DNA of 38,122 nucleotides from an uncultured Pseudoalteromonadaceae bacterium (GTDB taxonomy: Bacteria > Pseudomonadota > Gammaproteobacteria > Enterobacterales > Alteromonadaceae), in contig CAZVPC010000001.1 in assembly GCA_964629005.1 (NCBI GenBank), forward strand, positions 1-38,122, given 5' to 3'. This document shows positions 1 to 8,906 of this stretch, piece after piece. A program made the position numbers and the translations under genes. The first letter of the stretch is position 1. Every line of letters starts with the position of its first letter. The notes beneath the pieces were generated by a model. It worked only from the letters and a program-made list of their open reading frames with translations, was not told the DNA's origin and did not search any database.

Positions 1-2
1 AT

Positions 3-260
3 GCAGAACAAAAAGCAGCAATTGTTGCAGAATACGCTCAAAAAGAAGGTGATACTGGTTCACCAGAAGTACAAGTTGCGTTGTTAACAACACAAATTAA
101 TCATCTTCAAGGTCACTTTAAAGAGCATCTTCATGATCATCATTCACGTCGTGGTTTATTGCGTATGGTAAGTCAACGTCGTAAATTACTTGACTATCTC
201 AAAAGAAAAAATGTTGAACGTTATACTGGTTTGATTGCTAAATTAGGATTACGTCGTTAA
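3..260 (+). CDS. rpsO: 30S ribosomal protein S15, C-terminal 85 codons (5' end lies outside the window)
   Basis: Frame 3 reads [85 protein letters not shown]-stop. This is near-identical to the C-terminal part of E. coli S15. It is missing from the ORF track because its start is upstream of the window. Confidence 0.93.
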   Translation, partial: AEQKAAIVAEYAQKEGDTGSPEVQVALLTTQINHLQGHFKEHLHDHHSRRGLLRMVSQRRKLLDYLKRKNVERYTGLIAKLGLRR

Positions 261-283
261 GTTGCTATGACTAACAGACAAAT

Positions 284-311
284 AAAAAAAGAGCCTTAAG
301 GCTCTTTTTTT
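284..311. terminator. Bidirectional rho-independent terminator shared by rpsO (+) and the convergent lipoprotein gene (-)
   Basis: GAGCC-ttaa-GGCTC stem-loop (291-304) flanked by A7 (284-290) and T7 (305-311). Confidence 0.75.
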
Positions 312-341
312 GTATTACAATAATAACCAGTTACAAATTTT

Positions 342-698
342 TTATCTTGGTGCTCCGATAGCGATTGAATTTTGATCTTGATAAACTAATTGGCTGTAAG
401 CTAATGGAGTGGTTACTGCCGTCATGTTTGCTGTTCGATCGCCACGTATACTGACATAGTTAACACTAAAATTATCGGCTGAACGATTATTTGCTAAAGC
501 GTTATTACTAGCAAATTGCATCATCATTAATTGATCTTCGGGTAGAGGACGATTAAGTAACGACAACAACAGTTGATGATCTGTTGTTAATGGTTTCTTC
601 TCAACAGTAAAAGAGTTATGGGTAAGGTTTGAGGTGCTACTGCAAGCAGATAAAATAAGCGCCAGCAACATAGCTAAAATTTTTGTTAGAAAAGTCAT
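342..698 (-). CDS. Small lipoprotein of unknown function (118 aa)
   Basis: N-terminus MTFLTKILAMLLALILSAC has a signal peptide and an L-S-A-C lipobox. I recognise no family. Confidence 0.65.
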   Translation of the reverse strand: MTFLTKILAMLLALILSACSSTSNLTHNSFTVEKKPLTTDHQLLLSLLNRPLPEDQLMMMQFASNNALANNRSADNFSVNYVSIRGDRTANMTAVTTPLAYSQLVYQDQNSIAIGAPR

Positions 699-862
699 GG
701 TTTAGTCACAATTAATACAGCCTAAACCTTGTAGAGCAAATGTTACGCCAATACGAATTTTGTGTTCTATCTAATTGAAATCATGGATATTTATTTTATT
801 TTTGTGATTTTGTTTTGTTTTGTTTTAAATGTGGTTTTCTTAACGTCAAAAAAACCACACTT

Positions 863-885
863 AAAAAAAGGAGGCTATGCCCTCC
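863..885 (-). terminator. dapD rho-independent terminator
   Basis: The minus strand reads GGAGG-gcatag-CCTCC followed by T7 (plus-strand A7 at 863-869). A second hairpin, GTGGTTTT/AAAACCAC, lies at 831-858. Confidence 0.6.
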
Positions 886-896
886 ATTTTTAATTA

Positions 897-1727
897 TTAT
901 TCTTCACTTACTGAGCGTAATAAAGCATTAATGCCGACTTTAGCGCGTGTTTTACTGTCAACCTTTTTCACAATAATGGCGGCATATAAACTATGCGTAC
1001 CGCATTTTGCTGGTAAGTTGCCAGAAACCACCACTGAGCCAGCAGGAACGCGACCATAATGTATTTCACCCGTCGCGCGATCATAAATTCGAGTGCTTTG
1101 ACTGATGTAAACCCCCATTGAAATTACGGCACCTTCTTCAACTACGACCCCCTCAACAATTTCTGAACGCGCACCGATAAAACAGTTATCTTCAATTATG
1201 GTCGGTCCTGCTTGTAGCGGCTCTAATACACCACCAATGCCGACACCACCTGATAAATGGACATTCTTACCGATTTGCGCGCATGAGCCGACTGTTGCCC
1301 ATGTGTCTATCATAGTGCCTTCATCTACATAAGCGCCAATGTTGACATAACTTGGCATTACCACCACGTTTTTAGCAATAAAACTTCCGGTGCGCACGGT
1401 TGCAGGTGGAACGATGCGTACACCGTCTGCGGCAAACATAGCTTGGTTATAGTGACTGTACTTAAGCGGTACTTTGTCAAAAAATTTACTTTCGCCACCA
1501 TCAATTATGTTGTTATCCCAAATACGAAAAGATAATAGTACGGCTTTTTTTAGCCATTGATGAACAACCCATTCACCAGCAATTTTTTCAGCAACGCGCG
1601 CGCTACCATTATTTAAGCGGGCAAGCGCATCGAGTATTGCTTGTTTGATCTCTGCTGGAACATTGTTTGGGGTGATATTTGCTCTGTTTTCAAAAGCGAT
1701 TTCAATAATACTTTGTATTGAGTTCAT
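897..1727 (-). CDS. dapD: 2,3,4,5-tetrahydropyridine-2,6-dicarboxylate N-succinyltransferase
   Basis: 276 aa. Long identical blocks to E. coli DapD ([63 protein letters not shown]). Left-handed beta-helix hexapeptide repeats. Confidence 0.97.
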   Translation of the reverse strand: MNSIQSIIEIAFENRANITPNNVPAEIKQAILDALARLNNGSARVAEKIAGEWVVHQWLKKAVLLSFRIWDNNIIDGGESKFFDKVPLKYSHYNQAMFAADGVRIVPPATVRTGSFIAKNVVVMPSYVNIGAYVDEGTMIDTWATVGSCAQIGKNVHLSGGVGIGGVLEPLQAGPTIIEDNCFIGARSEIVEGVVVEEGAVISMGVYISQSTRIYDRATGEIHYGRVPAGSVVVSGNLPAKCGTHSLYAAIIVKKVDSKTRAKVGINALLRSVSEE

Positions 1728-1744
1728 TTAAATTCCTAGTTAAA

Positions 1745-4381
1745 TTAATCGAGTGCTGCTTGTAATTTTTCAGCCAATAGTTGCTGCTCTTGCTCAGATA
1801 AGGCCTTGTTTTCATGATTAGATAGGGTAAAAACATCTTCGGCTTTTTCTCCGAAAGTGGTGATTTTTGCTGAATGAATAGTCAACGCTAAATGTTGAAA
1901 AACTTGAGCTATTTGCGTTAGTAAACCAGGATGATCTAGCGCAATAATTTCGATCATGGTTTTATTTTTTGCGGGCGATTTAACAAAGCTTACCTGTGTT
2001 TTAATTTTGAACTGCTTTAATTTATGGTTGCTTGGTCGTGTCATTATTGGCGCACTATTATTTTCAATAAAATTTTCTGCTAATTTAGCCGTTAGTGTGT
2101 CAGCAATAGTAGTGGCGCGATAATTATCCTCAAGTGCTTTACCGCGATGATCTAAAACGACAAAGGTATTTAGGGTATAACCTGTTTTGCTGGTAATTAT
2201 TTTAGCATCATGGATAGATAATTTTTTAGTCCCGAGTAAAGTAACCGTAGCGGCAAAAACATTAGCATGCTCTTTGGTGAAAACAAAAACCTCGCTACCA
2301 CCCCGATAAGGTTTAGGGCTAATTAATACTAACGGTTTTGATCGGTCGTGGCTGAGAATGTTTTTACAGTGCCAACAAATTTGCTCTGGTGAATAACGGA
2401 TAAAGTAATCGGCTTTAAATTCTTCCCATAAGGTTTCAATAGCCGTTTTTTCTATTTTTGTAGCGATTAATAAAGTGAGTGCTTGTTGCTGGTTTTCTCT
2501 TATTTTAGCACGCATGTCGACGGGTTTTTCAAGTCCGCGTCGAAAAGCACGTTTAGTGGCGAAATATAGATCATCAAGTAAATTAGCTTTCCAACTATTC
2601 CATAAGCTTTCGTTAGTGGCGCGCATATCTGCGATGGTTAAACAATATAAATAATCTAAGTGTGCTTCGTCACGAACGATACCGCCGAATTCGTTAATGA
2701 CGATTTCATCTGAAATATCACGTCGTTGTGCGGTAACTGACATTAACAAGTGATTTTTTACTAACCATGCAACCATTCGACCATCATGATCATTAAGATG
2801 GTGAGCCTTACAAAACTCAAGGGCATCAACGGCACCTAGCTTGGCATGGTCTCCACCTCGACCTTTGGCAATATCATGAAAGATACCCGCTAAAAAAAGA
2901 ACGTCTGGTTTACGAATACGTTGAACAATTTTGCTACAAAGAGGGTACTCATGATTATGCTCAACTTGACTAAAACGATATAAGTTTTTAATTAACCGAT
3001 AACTATGTTCGTCTACAGAATAAGCATGAAATAAATCAAATTGCATTTGTCCGACAATGTTTTTCCAAGCAGGAAGATAAGCGCCAATAATACTGTGACG
3101 GTGCATTAGGGTAAAAGGTAAGCCTAAACCTCGTGGATGTTTAATTATTTCAATAAAAATTCGTCGACATTCTGCATAGTCAACCAAACCTGAAATTAAG
3201 CGTCGGCGAGCATTGCGCATTAATCGAACAGTATTGGAATGAATACCTTTAACTTGCTTATGCAGAGCAATATTCAAAAACATTTCCATTATTTTAACTG
3301 GACGCATGAATAAGCGACTATTAGTAATTTGGATCAAACCATCGTTGATCATAAAATCATTATCAATCGGGATCAATTTATCCTTACTTTTTTGGTTAAT
3401 AATGGCTTGTTCAAAATGTTGCAACAGCATATTATTAAGCTCGACCACACGACCAATGGTGCGAAAAAAACGCTTCATCATGCACTCTATTGTGATTTTA
3501 CCTTCATCACCAAAGCCCATTAGTTTGGCGACATCGGCTTGATAATCAAACAGTAGACGATTTTCGTTACGGCCGGCGACAAAATGCAAAGCGAAGCGCA
3601 TTCGCCATAAATAATCTTGACATTCAAGTAACTCAAAAAATTCATTTCGAGTTAAGTAATCATGTTCAACTAATTCATCTAATGAGTTGGCAGAAAAATG
3701 ACGTTTAGCGACCCAAGCAATGGTTTGAATATCGCGTAAACCACCAGGATTAGCTTTTAAATTTGGCTCTAGAGTATAAGCTGCACCATGATAACGTTGA
3801 TGCCGATGAAATTGTTCTTCACGTTTGGCGATAAAAAACTTTTTAGGTGTCCAAAAAACATCTTCATGTAATAAGGGCAGTAAATGCTGCGTTAAAGATT
3901 CGTTGCCGGTAATGTGGCGCATTTCCATTAAGTTAGTTGCGACTGTAACATCAGCAATAGCTTGTTTTAAACATTCTTTAACACTGCGCACGCTGGAGCC
4001 AATATCGAGCTTTACATCCCATAATTGGGTCAGAAAGGTTGAAATTTTTTCTGCGAGTTCGTCATTAACTTTATCTTGGGTGAGTAACAAAATATCAACA
4101 TCGGAATGGGGATGTAATTCACCGCGTCCGTATCCGCCCACCGCGATCAAACTTATTTGAAATTCATCCAAATGGTGTTGGCACCATAGTTTGATCAATA
4201 TATGATCAACAAACTCTGCTCTGGCAGTTATTAAAGTATTGGTGTCTTCTTGATTGAAGACACTTTTTAGCCATAGATTAAATTCTTGCGTTAATTGGCA
4301 GATATCACGACTGCTTAGTTTTTCAGTCGTGATCGCTAGTTGTTCAAAAAAATGAGCGGGAACAATTGATTGAGCGTTCAA
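1745..4381 (-). CDS. glnD: Bifunctional [protein-PII] uridylyltransferase/uridylyl-removing enzyme
   Basis: 878 aa. Nucleotidyltransferase motif [21 protein letters not shown]-domain motif [12 protein letters not shown], two C-terminal ACT-like segments. Sits in the conserved dapD-glnD-map order. Confidence 0.96.
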   Translation of the reverse strand: MNAQSIVPAHFFEQLAITTEKLSSRDICQLTQEFNLWLKSVFNQEDTNTLITARAEFVDHILIKLWCQHHLDEFQISLIAVGGYGRGELHPHSDVDILLLTQDKVNDELAEKISTFLTQLWDVKLDIGSSVRSVKECLKQAIADVTVATNLMEMRHITGNESLTQHLLPLLHEDVFWTPKKFFIAKREEQFHRHQRYHGAAYTLEPNLKANPGGLRDIQTIAWVAKRHFSANSLDELVEHDYLTRNEFFELLECQDYLWRMRFALHFVAGRNENRLLFDYQADVAKLMGFGDEGKITIECMMKRFFRTIGRVVELNNMLLQHFEQAIINQKSKDKLIPIDNDFMINDGLIQITNSRLFMRPVKIMEMFLNIALHKQVKGIHSNTVRLMRNARRRLISGLVDYAECRRIFIEIIKHPRGLGLPFTLMHRHSIIGAYLPAWKNIVGQMQFDLFHAYSVDEHSYRLIKNLYRFSQVEHNHEYPLCSKIVQRIRKPDVLFLAGIFHDIAKGRGGDHAKLGAVDALEFCKAHHLNDHDGRMVAWLVKNHLLMSVTAQRRDISDEIVINEFGGIVRDEAHLDYLYCLTIADMRATNESLWNSWKANLLDDLYFATKRAFRRGLEKPVDMRAKIRENQQQALTLLIATKIEKTAIETLWEEFKADYFIRYSPEQICWHCKNILSHDRSKPLVLISPKPYRGGSEVFVFTKEHANVFAATVTLLGTKKLSIHDAKIITSKTGYTLNTFVVLDHRGKALEDNYRATTIADTLTAKLAENFIENNSAPIMTRPSNHKLKQFKIKTQVSFVKSPAKNKTMIEIIALDHPGLLTQIAQVFQHLALTIHSAKITTFGEKAEDVFTLSNHENKALSEQEQQLLAEKLQAALD

Positions 4382-4416
4382 GATTTATCTTCTTATAGTT
4401 AATCAAAATAAAAAAT

Positions 4417-5205
4417 TTAATTATGTAAGATCCTAGTAATGGTATCATCTTTACGGTGTGTCAGTATTTCACAACCAGTATTGGTAACAACAACCGTGTG
4501 TTCCCATTGTGCCGATTTTTTCTTATCTACGGTGTAAACTGTCCAACCATCATCTTTATCCGTAACGGTACCAGCTCGACCGAGATTAACCATGGGTTCG
4601 ATAGTAAAGCACATGCCTGCTTGCATTTTTTCATTATCATTATTTTTGTAATGCACAACTTGTGGATCTTCATGAAATTCTAACCCAATACCATGACCAC
4701 AATATTCTTTCACGATAGAAAAACGTCCTGATTTTTTAACAAATTTTTGTATTGCCGTGCCGATTTCACCAAATTTAGCACCGGGTTTCACCTTTTTTAA
4801 ACCAACATATAACGCATCTTGAGTAATACGACATAAACGGTTATCTTCAGGTGAAACATTACCAATTAAAAACATTTTGCTAGTATCGCCATGATAACCA
4901 TTCTTAATCACGGTAATGTCAATATTAATAATATCACCATCAAGCAATTTAGTTTCATCAGGAATGCCATGGCAAACAACATGATTAATTGACGTGCAAA
5001 TCGATTTCGGAAAACCGTGATAATCAAGTGGCGCAGAAATAGCGCCTTGAATTTTATCAGTATAGCTTGCACAAAGTGCGTCGAGTTCACCCGTTGTAAC
5101 CCCAACTTTTACATGGGGGGCGATCATTACTAATACGTCGGCAGCGAGTTTTCCGGCAATGCGCATTTTCTCTATTTCTTGTTGATTTTTAATGGCTATT
5201 GTCAT
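4417..5205 (-). CDS. map: Type I methionine aminopeptidase
   Basis: 262 aa. MetAP metal-ligand context (DIINIDITV, GHGIGLEFHEDP, FTIEPM, WEHTVVVT). Confidence 0.97.
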   Translation of the reverse strand: MTIAIKNQQEIEKMRIAGKLAADVLVMIAPHVKVGVTTGELDALCASYTDKIQGAISAPLDYHGFPKSICTSINHVVCHGIPDETKLLDGDIINIDITVIKNGYHGDTSKMFLIGNVSPEDNRLCRITQDALYVGLKKVKPGAKFGEIGTAIQKFVKKSGRFSIVKEYCGHGIGLEFHEDPQVVHYKNNDNEKMQAGMCFTIEPMVNLGRAGTVTDKDDGWTVYTVDKKKSAQWEHTVVVTNTGCEILTHRKDDTITRILHN

Positions 5206-5267
5206 TGTTACCTCTGGGTGTTGTTTCTTTTAGGGATTGTAAAATTACTCTATTTATAGCACAGCCG

Positions 5268-5888
5268 TTATTTGGCTAGCTCTAGTTTAATTGCATTAAC
5301 AATTGCATTAGGTTTTGTTAAATAGTAATTGTGATTTAATAGCGTTAAATTGTCATCACTAGCCAATAATAGTGCAGGAATGGCGCTAGTGTTGATAATT
5401 TCTTGCATCTCGAATATTTCTTGGAGGTCAAATTCAGCCTCTTTAGTTAATTTGTTAAGCGTTAGGGCTTTAGTTGGCGGCGATAATTTTAATTGTTTAA
5501 TAATCGGTTGTATTTGCTCAATGTTGTTTAATTCAACACCTTGTTGGAAATGTGCATTTTGCAATGCGTTGAGCAATGACAAGGTTTTTGCTGGGGTTTT
5601 ATGGTTTGTCCATGCTAGTACATTGGCGCTTAACGTTGAGTCTTTAGGGTTGCTCAAATTACTGATATAGGCTGTAGAAAAAATTGCATTGCTCAGTTGT
5701 TTAACGGCTGTAATTTGTGCAGCGTTAATTTTATTATCGCCTTCGAACTCTTTAGCTGAAAAAAAGGCACTATGCCAAAAATGTATTTTTATAGCAGGTA
5801 AGTTGATGGCAACTTCATTGATCAGGCTGGTGGCCGCATAACTCCAAGGACAATGGCTGTCGTAGATAAAAATTAATTCTGCATTCAT
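5268..5888 (-). CDS. DsbA/thioredoxin-fold family protein with a CxxS active-site position
   Basis: 206 aa. N-terminal IFIYDSHCPWSYA places C-P-W-S where DsbA-like folds carry CxxC. No signal peptide is evident. The family call comes from motif and layout only. Confidence 0.6.
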   Translation of the reverse strand: MNAELIFIYDSHCPWSYAATSLINEVAINLPAIKIHFWHSAFFSAKEFEGDNKINAAQITAVKQLSNAIFSTAYISNLSNPKDSTLSANVLAWTNHKTPAKTLSLLNALQNAHFQQGVELNNIEQIQPIIKQLKLSPPTKALTLNKLTKEAEFDLQEIFEMQEIINTSAIPALLLASDDNLTLLNHNYYLTKPNAIVNAIKLELAK

Positions 5889-5978
5889 TGGCTGTTTATT
5901 CGATTAAGTCAAAAAAGTAAAAACTAATTTTATCGTGTGTAACCAGCTTCGCCTAGTAAAAATTTGATCTATATCAAA

Positions 5979-5999
5979 TCTTAATGAGAATGATTTGCA
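5979..5999 (+). promoter_or_regulatory. Fur-box-like operator overlapping the -35 of the porin promoter
   Basis: The 19 nt at 5979-5997, tcTTAATGAGAATGATTTGCa, match the 19-bp Fur consensus GATAATGATAATCATTATC at about 13/19 by hand alignment. The core GAGAAT-G-ATTTGC compares with GATAAT-n-ATTATC. Confidence 0.5.
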
Positions 6000-6023
6000 T
6001 TTAGGATTTTGTTTGGTTAATAT
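5995..6023 (+). promoter_or_regulatory. sigma70-type promoter of the porin/FMN_bind/PepSY cluster
   Basis: TTGCAT (5995-6000), 17-nt spacer, TAATAT (6018-6023). Confidence 0.55.
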
Positions 6024-6081
6024 GGCTACAGTAAATAACGCCTTAATAATTAACCCTTGAATAAAATTGGATTTCAAAAAC

Positions 6082-7266
6082 ATGATGAAAAAAACGCTTA
6101 TCGCTGCGGCTCTTTTTAGTGTATTAACCAGTCAGACAAGCTTTGCGAATGAAGAAACCGAGCAATTACGTAAAATTATAACGGAACAAAAGAAAGTATT
6201 AAATCGTCTTGAGCAACGTTTAGATCAGAGTGAAAAGCGCTTAGACAAAACAGAACAACGCATTGAAATAACGGCTGAGCAGGTTGAACAGGCTTCAACT
6301 ACTACATCTGCCACTAAATTAGGTGGTTACGGAGAGATGCATTATAACAATATAAATGATAAGCAAAAATTAGATTTTCATCGTTTTGTATTATTTGTTG
6401 ATCATGAGTTTACCGATAAATTGCGTTTTTATTCAGAACTAGAAGTTGAACATGTTGTTGCTGAAGAGGGGGCTGGTGGCGCTGTTGAATTAGAGCAGGC
6501 CTTTATTGAATATGATTATAGTGACACCATTACCACAACTTTAGGTTTGTTTTTGGTTCCTGTGGGCATTATTAATGAGTCGCATGAACCGACAACTTTT
6601 TATGGTGTTGAACGTAATCCAGTCGAAAAAAATATTATTCCAACAACGTGGTGGGAAGGTGGCGCGGCCGTTAATTTTAAACCACTCGGCGGGGTAAGTT
6701 TTGATTTTGCTTTAACTAGTGGTTTAAATACTCCTCTAGAAGGCGCTAACGCTTACAAGGTTAGAAGCGGTCGGCAAAGCGTTTCTAATGCGAATGCCAA
6801 CAGTTTAGCGTTTACTTCACGCTTTAAATATACCGCGATCCCTGGGGTGGAATTGGCAGCAACGCTACAATATCAACAAGATATCACCCAAGGTGCTGTT
6901 GGTGTAGATAAAGCGGATGCCACACTTTTTGAAGCCCATGGTATTTATCAACGGCAAAACTTTAAGTTCATTGCTTTGTATACCCGTTGGGATATTAACG
7001 GTAATGAAGCCAAAGTATTAGGACGTGATCAACAAACAGGCTGGTATTTTGAACCGTCTTATAAATTAACAGAAGAATTGGGTCTATTTGCTCGTTTTGC
7101 CCAATATGATAATAATGCCGGCAATGTGATTGAGACTAAAAAAACTCAAACTAACGTTGGTTTAAATTATTATTTGCATGAAAATGTGGTCTTAAAAGCT
7201 GATTGGGAACAGCAAGACTCATCAGGTAATAATGGTTTTAATTTAGGTGTGGGTTATCAATTTTAA
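6082..7266 (+). CDS. Porin-like outer-membrane beta-barrel protein with an N-terminal coiled-coil segment
   Basis: Signal peptide MMKKTLIAAALFSVLTSQTSFA, then a charged heptad-like stretch EETEQLRKIITEQKKVLNRLEQRLDQSEKRLDKTEQRIE. The remainder shows an alternating beta-strand pattern and ends in GVGYQF (terminal aromatic). The ORF-track TTG start at 6067 was trimmed to ATG 6082; the exact start is uncertain. Confidence 0.75.
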   Translation: MMKKTLIAAALFSVLTSQTSFANEETEQLRKIITEQKKVLNRLEQRLDQSEKRLDKTEQRIEITAEQVEQASTTTSATKLGGYGEMHYNNINDKQKLDFHRFVLFVDHEFTDKLRFYSELEVEHVVAEEGAGGAVELEQAFIEYDYSDTITTTLGLFLVPVGIINESHEPTTFYGVERNPVEKNIIPTTWWEGGAAVNFKPLGGVSFDFALTSGLNTPLEGANAYKVRSGRQSVSNANANSLAFTSRFKYTAIPGVELAATLQYQQDITQGAVGVDKADATLFEAHGIYQRQNFKFIALYTRWDINGNEAKVLGRDQQTGWYFEPSYKLTEELGLFARFAQYDNNAGNVIETKKTQTNVGLNYYLHENVVLKADWEQQDSSGNNGFNLGVGYQF

Positions 7267-7294
7267 TTGATAGGGTTTTTACTATAAAACAGCA

Positions 7295-7320
7295 ATGAAC
7301 AGGGGGAACTCTGTTCATTT
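7295..7320 (+). terminator. Hairpin just downstream of the porin gene (weak terminator or attenuator)
   Basis: ATGAACAG-ggggaact-CTGTTCAT (7295-7318) followed by TTTGTT. Confidence 0.4.
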
Positions 7321-7327
7321 TGTTCAT

Positions 7328-7347
7328 CTCGTGATACTTCAAAATGC
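7328..7347 (+). repeat. Left arm of a 20-bp inverted repeat (CTCGTGATACTTCAAAATGC)
   Basis: The reverse complement of 8037-8056 is CTCATGATACTTCAAAATGC, a 19/20 match. Confidence 0.9.
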
Positions 7348-7350
7348 AGT

Positions 7351-7406
7351 GTAGGTTGGCCTTTAGGCCATCAAACTGATAAGACGGGCTGAAGCCCGAC
7401 CTTTTT
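7351..7406 (+). repeat. REP-like double hairpin; the second hairpin doubles as a T-run terminator
   Basis: GTAG followed by TGGCC-ttta-GGCCA (7357-7370), then CGGGC-tgaa-GCCCG (7385-7398) followed by CTTTTT. A GTAG head plus palindrome is the general REP layout. Confidence 0.45.
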
Positions 7407-7437
7407 AGGTGTAATGGGTATACGTTTAGGAATTTTT

Positions 7438-7971
7438 ATGAATAAATTTTTAATGATCTTCATTTTGATGCTAATTAACCTATCGATGCTATTTTCGAAT
7501 AACGTTTTTTCGAGAGGTATTTATCAACAACCTGAGCAATTTATTAGTGAAGCACTTGATGGCGTTATGCCAAAACCACAAATTTATTGGTTGACAAGAG
7601 AAGATAAAGAAGCGATTGCTGAAATTCTTAAACATCAATATAAACGCTTACGCATACGTTATTGGCAGAGCAATAATGAAACGGTGTGGATTTTAAATGA
7701 AGTGGGTAAAGATAAACCGATCACGATAGGGGTTCAAATTAAGGATCATGCGATTAGCCAATTAAAAGTTTTGACTTATCGTGAAAGTCGTGGAGATGAA
7801 GTACGTCATTCGTTTTTTACCGCGCAGTTTAATTTCGCCAAATTAAATGAAAATAATGAGCTAGATCGCAATATTGATGGTATAACAGGTGCCACCATGT
7901 CAGTAAGAGCCTTAACAAAAGTCTCTCGTTTAGCGCTTTGGTTAGATAAACGAGTAACCATTGCTAAGTGA
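7438..7971 (+). CDS. Exported or membrane-anchored FMN_bind-domain protein with a flavinylation motif
   Basis: Hydrophobic N-terminus MNKFLMIFILMLINLSMLF. DGITGATMS (7876-7902) matches the D-x-x-[ST]-G-A-[ST] FMN attachment site of NqrC/RnfG-type FMN_bind domains. AGGA lies 7 nt before ATG 7438, so the ORF-track start at 7414 was trimmed. Confidence 0.8.
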   Translation: MNKFLMIFILMLINLSMLFSNNVFSRGIYQQPEQFISEALDGVMPKPQIYWLTREDKEAIAEILKHQYKRLRIRYWQSNNETVWILNEVGKDKPITIGVQIKDHAISQLKVLTYRESRGDEVRHSFFTAQFNFAKLNENNELDRNIDGITGATMSVRALTKVSRLALWLDKRVTIAK

Positions 7972-8036
7972 ATTGAAACGCGGAAGTCATTTAGATATTG
8001 ATCATATTGATAAAGTTTAAACTCACCCTGAAACAG

Positions 8037-8056
8037 GCATTTTGAAGTATCATGAG
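8037..8056 (+). repeat. Right arm of the 20-bp inverted repeat (GCATTTTGAAGTATCATGAG)
   Basis: Pairs with 7328-7347. The two arms bracket the FMN_bind cistron. Confidence 0.9.
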
Positions 8057-8098
8057 TCTAATATTGTTGATCATAAAAATAGCCCGTAAACATTAACT

Positions 8099-8860
8099 AT
8101 GCTAAAACCAACCCAATCATTACATGTTCGTTTAATTCGTCATTTGCGCGAATGGCATAGAAAACTTGGCATAATAGCCGCGTTTTTGCTTATTTTCCTT
8201 TCTGTCAGTGGCATAGCAATAAATCACAGTCATTCGCTTTCGTTAGATAGTTGGCATGTTAAAAGTGCTTGGTTATTAAATTTTTACGGTATTAAAGCAC
8301 CGACCGATATTCGTTTCTATGGTAAAAACAACTTATTCGTTACGGATCAATTGCTTTGGTTTAAGCAAAAATTATTGTTAGAAAGTTTAAATGAAGCCAT
8401 TATTGGTGTGGGAAAATTCAAGCAATTTTGGTTGGTGGTAACAACGCAACAATTGTATTTATTTTCAATGCAAGGTGAATTAGTGGATCAGCTTGATAGT
8501 GCTTCTGGGGTACCAATGCACATTAGCGCAATGAATATTAGCGCAAATCATCTTCTTTTAAATACATCGACGGGCTATTTTCAAACAGATGCCGATTTTC
8601 TCGATTGGCAAAAAGTTAACCTTGTAACAGTACCTGTATGGTTAACCGCTAATCAAGTTAAAGATGAACGCTATCATCAGGCAAAATTGTTATATAAATC
8701 ACAGTATTTAACATGGGAACGAGTACTTTTAGATCTGCATAGCGGGCGAATTTTTGGCATGTTCGGTATCATATTATCTGATATTATTGCGATTATACTC
8801 ATTTTATTGTCAATGAGCGGTTTATACATTTGGCTGCGTTACGCTAAAAATAAGCGCTAG
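8099..8860 (+). CDS. PepSY-TM-like inner-membrane protein (candidate ferric/siderophore reductase family)
   Basis: 253 aa with two TM helices. N-terminal REWHRKLGIIAAFLLIFLSVSGIAINHSH and C-terminal LDLHSGRIFGMFGIILSDIIAIILILL resemble PepSY-associated TM helix signatures. No clear Shine-Dalgarno precedes ATG 8099. Confidence 0.7.
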   Translation: MLKPTQSLHVRLIRHLREWHRKLGIIAAFLLIFLSVSGIAINHSHSLSLDSWHVKSAWLLNFYGIKAPTDIRFYGKNNLFVTDQLLWFKQKLLLESLNEAIIGVGKFKQFWLVVTTQQLYLFSMQGELVDQLDSASGVPMHISAMNISANHLLLNTSTGYFQTDADFLDWQKVNLVTVPVWLTANQVKDERYHQAKLLYKSQYLTWERVLLDLHSGRIFGMFGIILSDIIAIILILLSMSGLYIWLRYAKNKR

Positions 8861-8906
8861 ATTCTTATTGCGGCTTAATTTATCGCTAGTCAAAACACTC
8901 TTTTTA

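Noticed and set aside
811-826. (TGTTT)3 microsatellite in the lipoprotein promoter region.
   Set aside because: Three units are too few to argue for slipped-strand phase variation, and the surrounding sequence is generally T-rich.
877-1059. 60-aa plus-strand ORF overlapping the dapD 3' end and its terminator.
   Set aside because: It overlaps a certain gene, starts inside the terminator hairpin and has no supporting signals.
7295-7354. 19-codon ORF MNRGNSVHFVHLVILQNAV between the porin and FMN_bind genes.
   Set aside because: It has no Shine-Dalgarno. It is built entirely from the hairpin and inverted-repeat sequence, so structural RNA/DNA elements explain it better.
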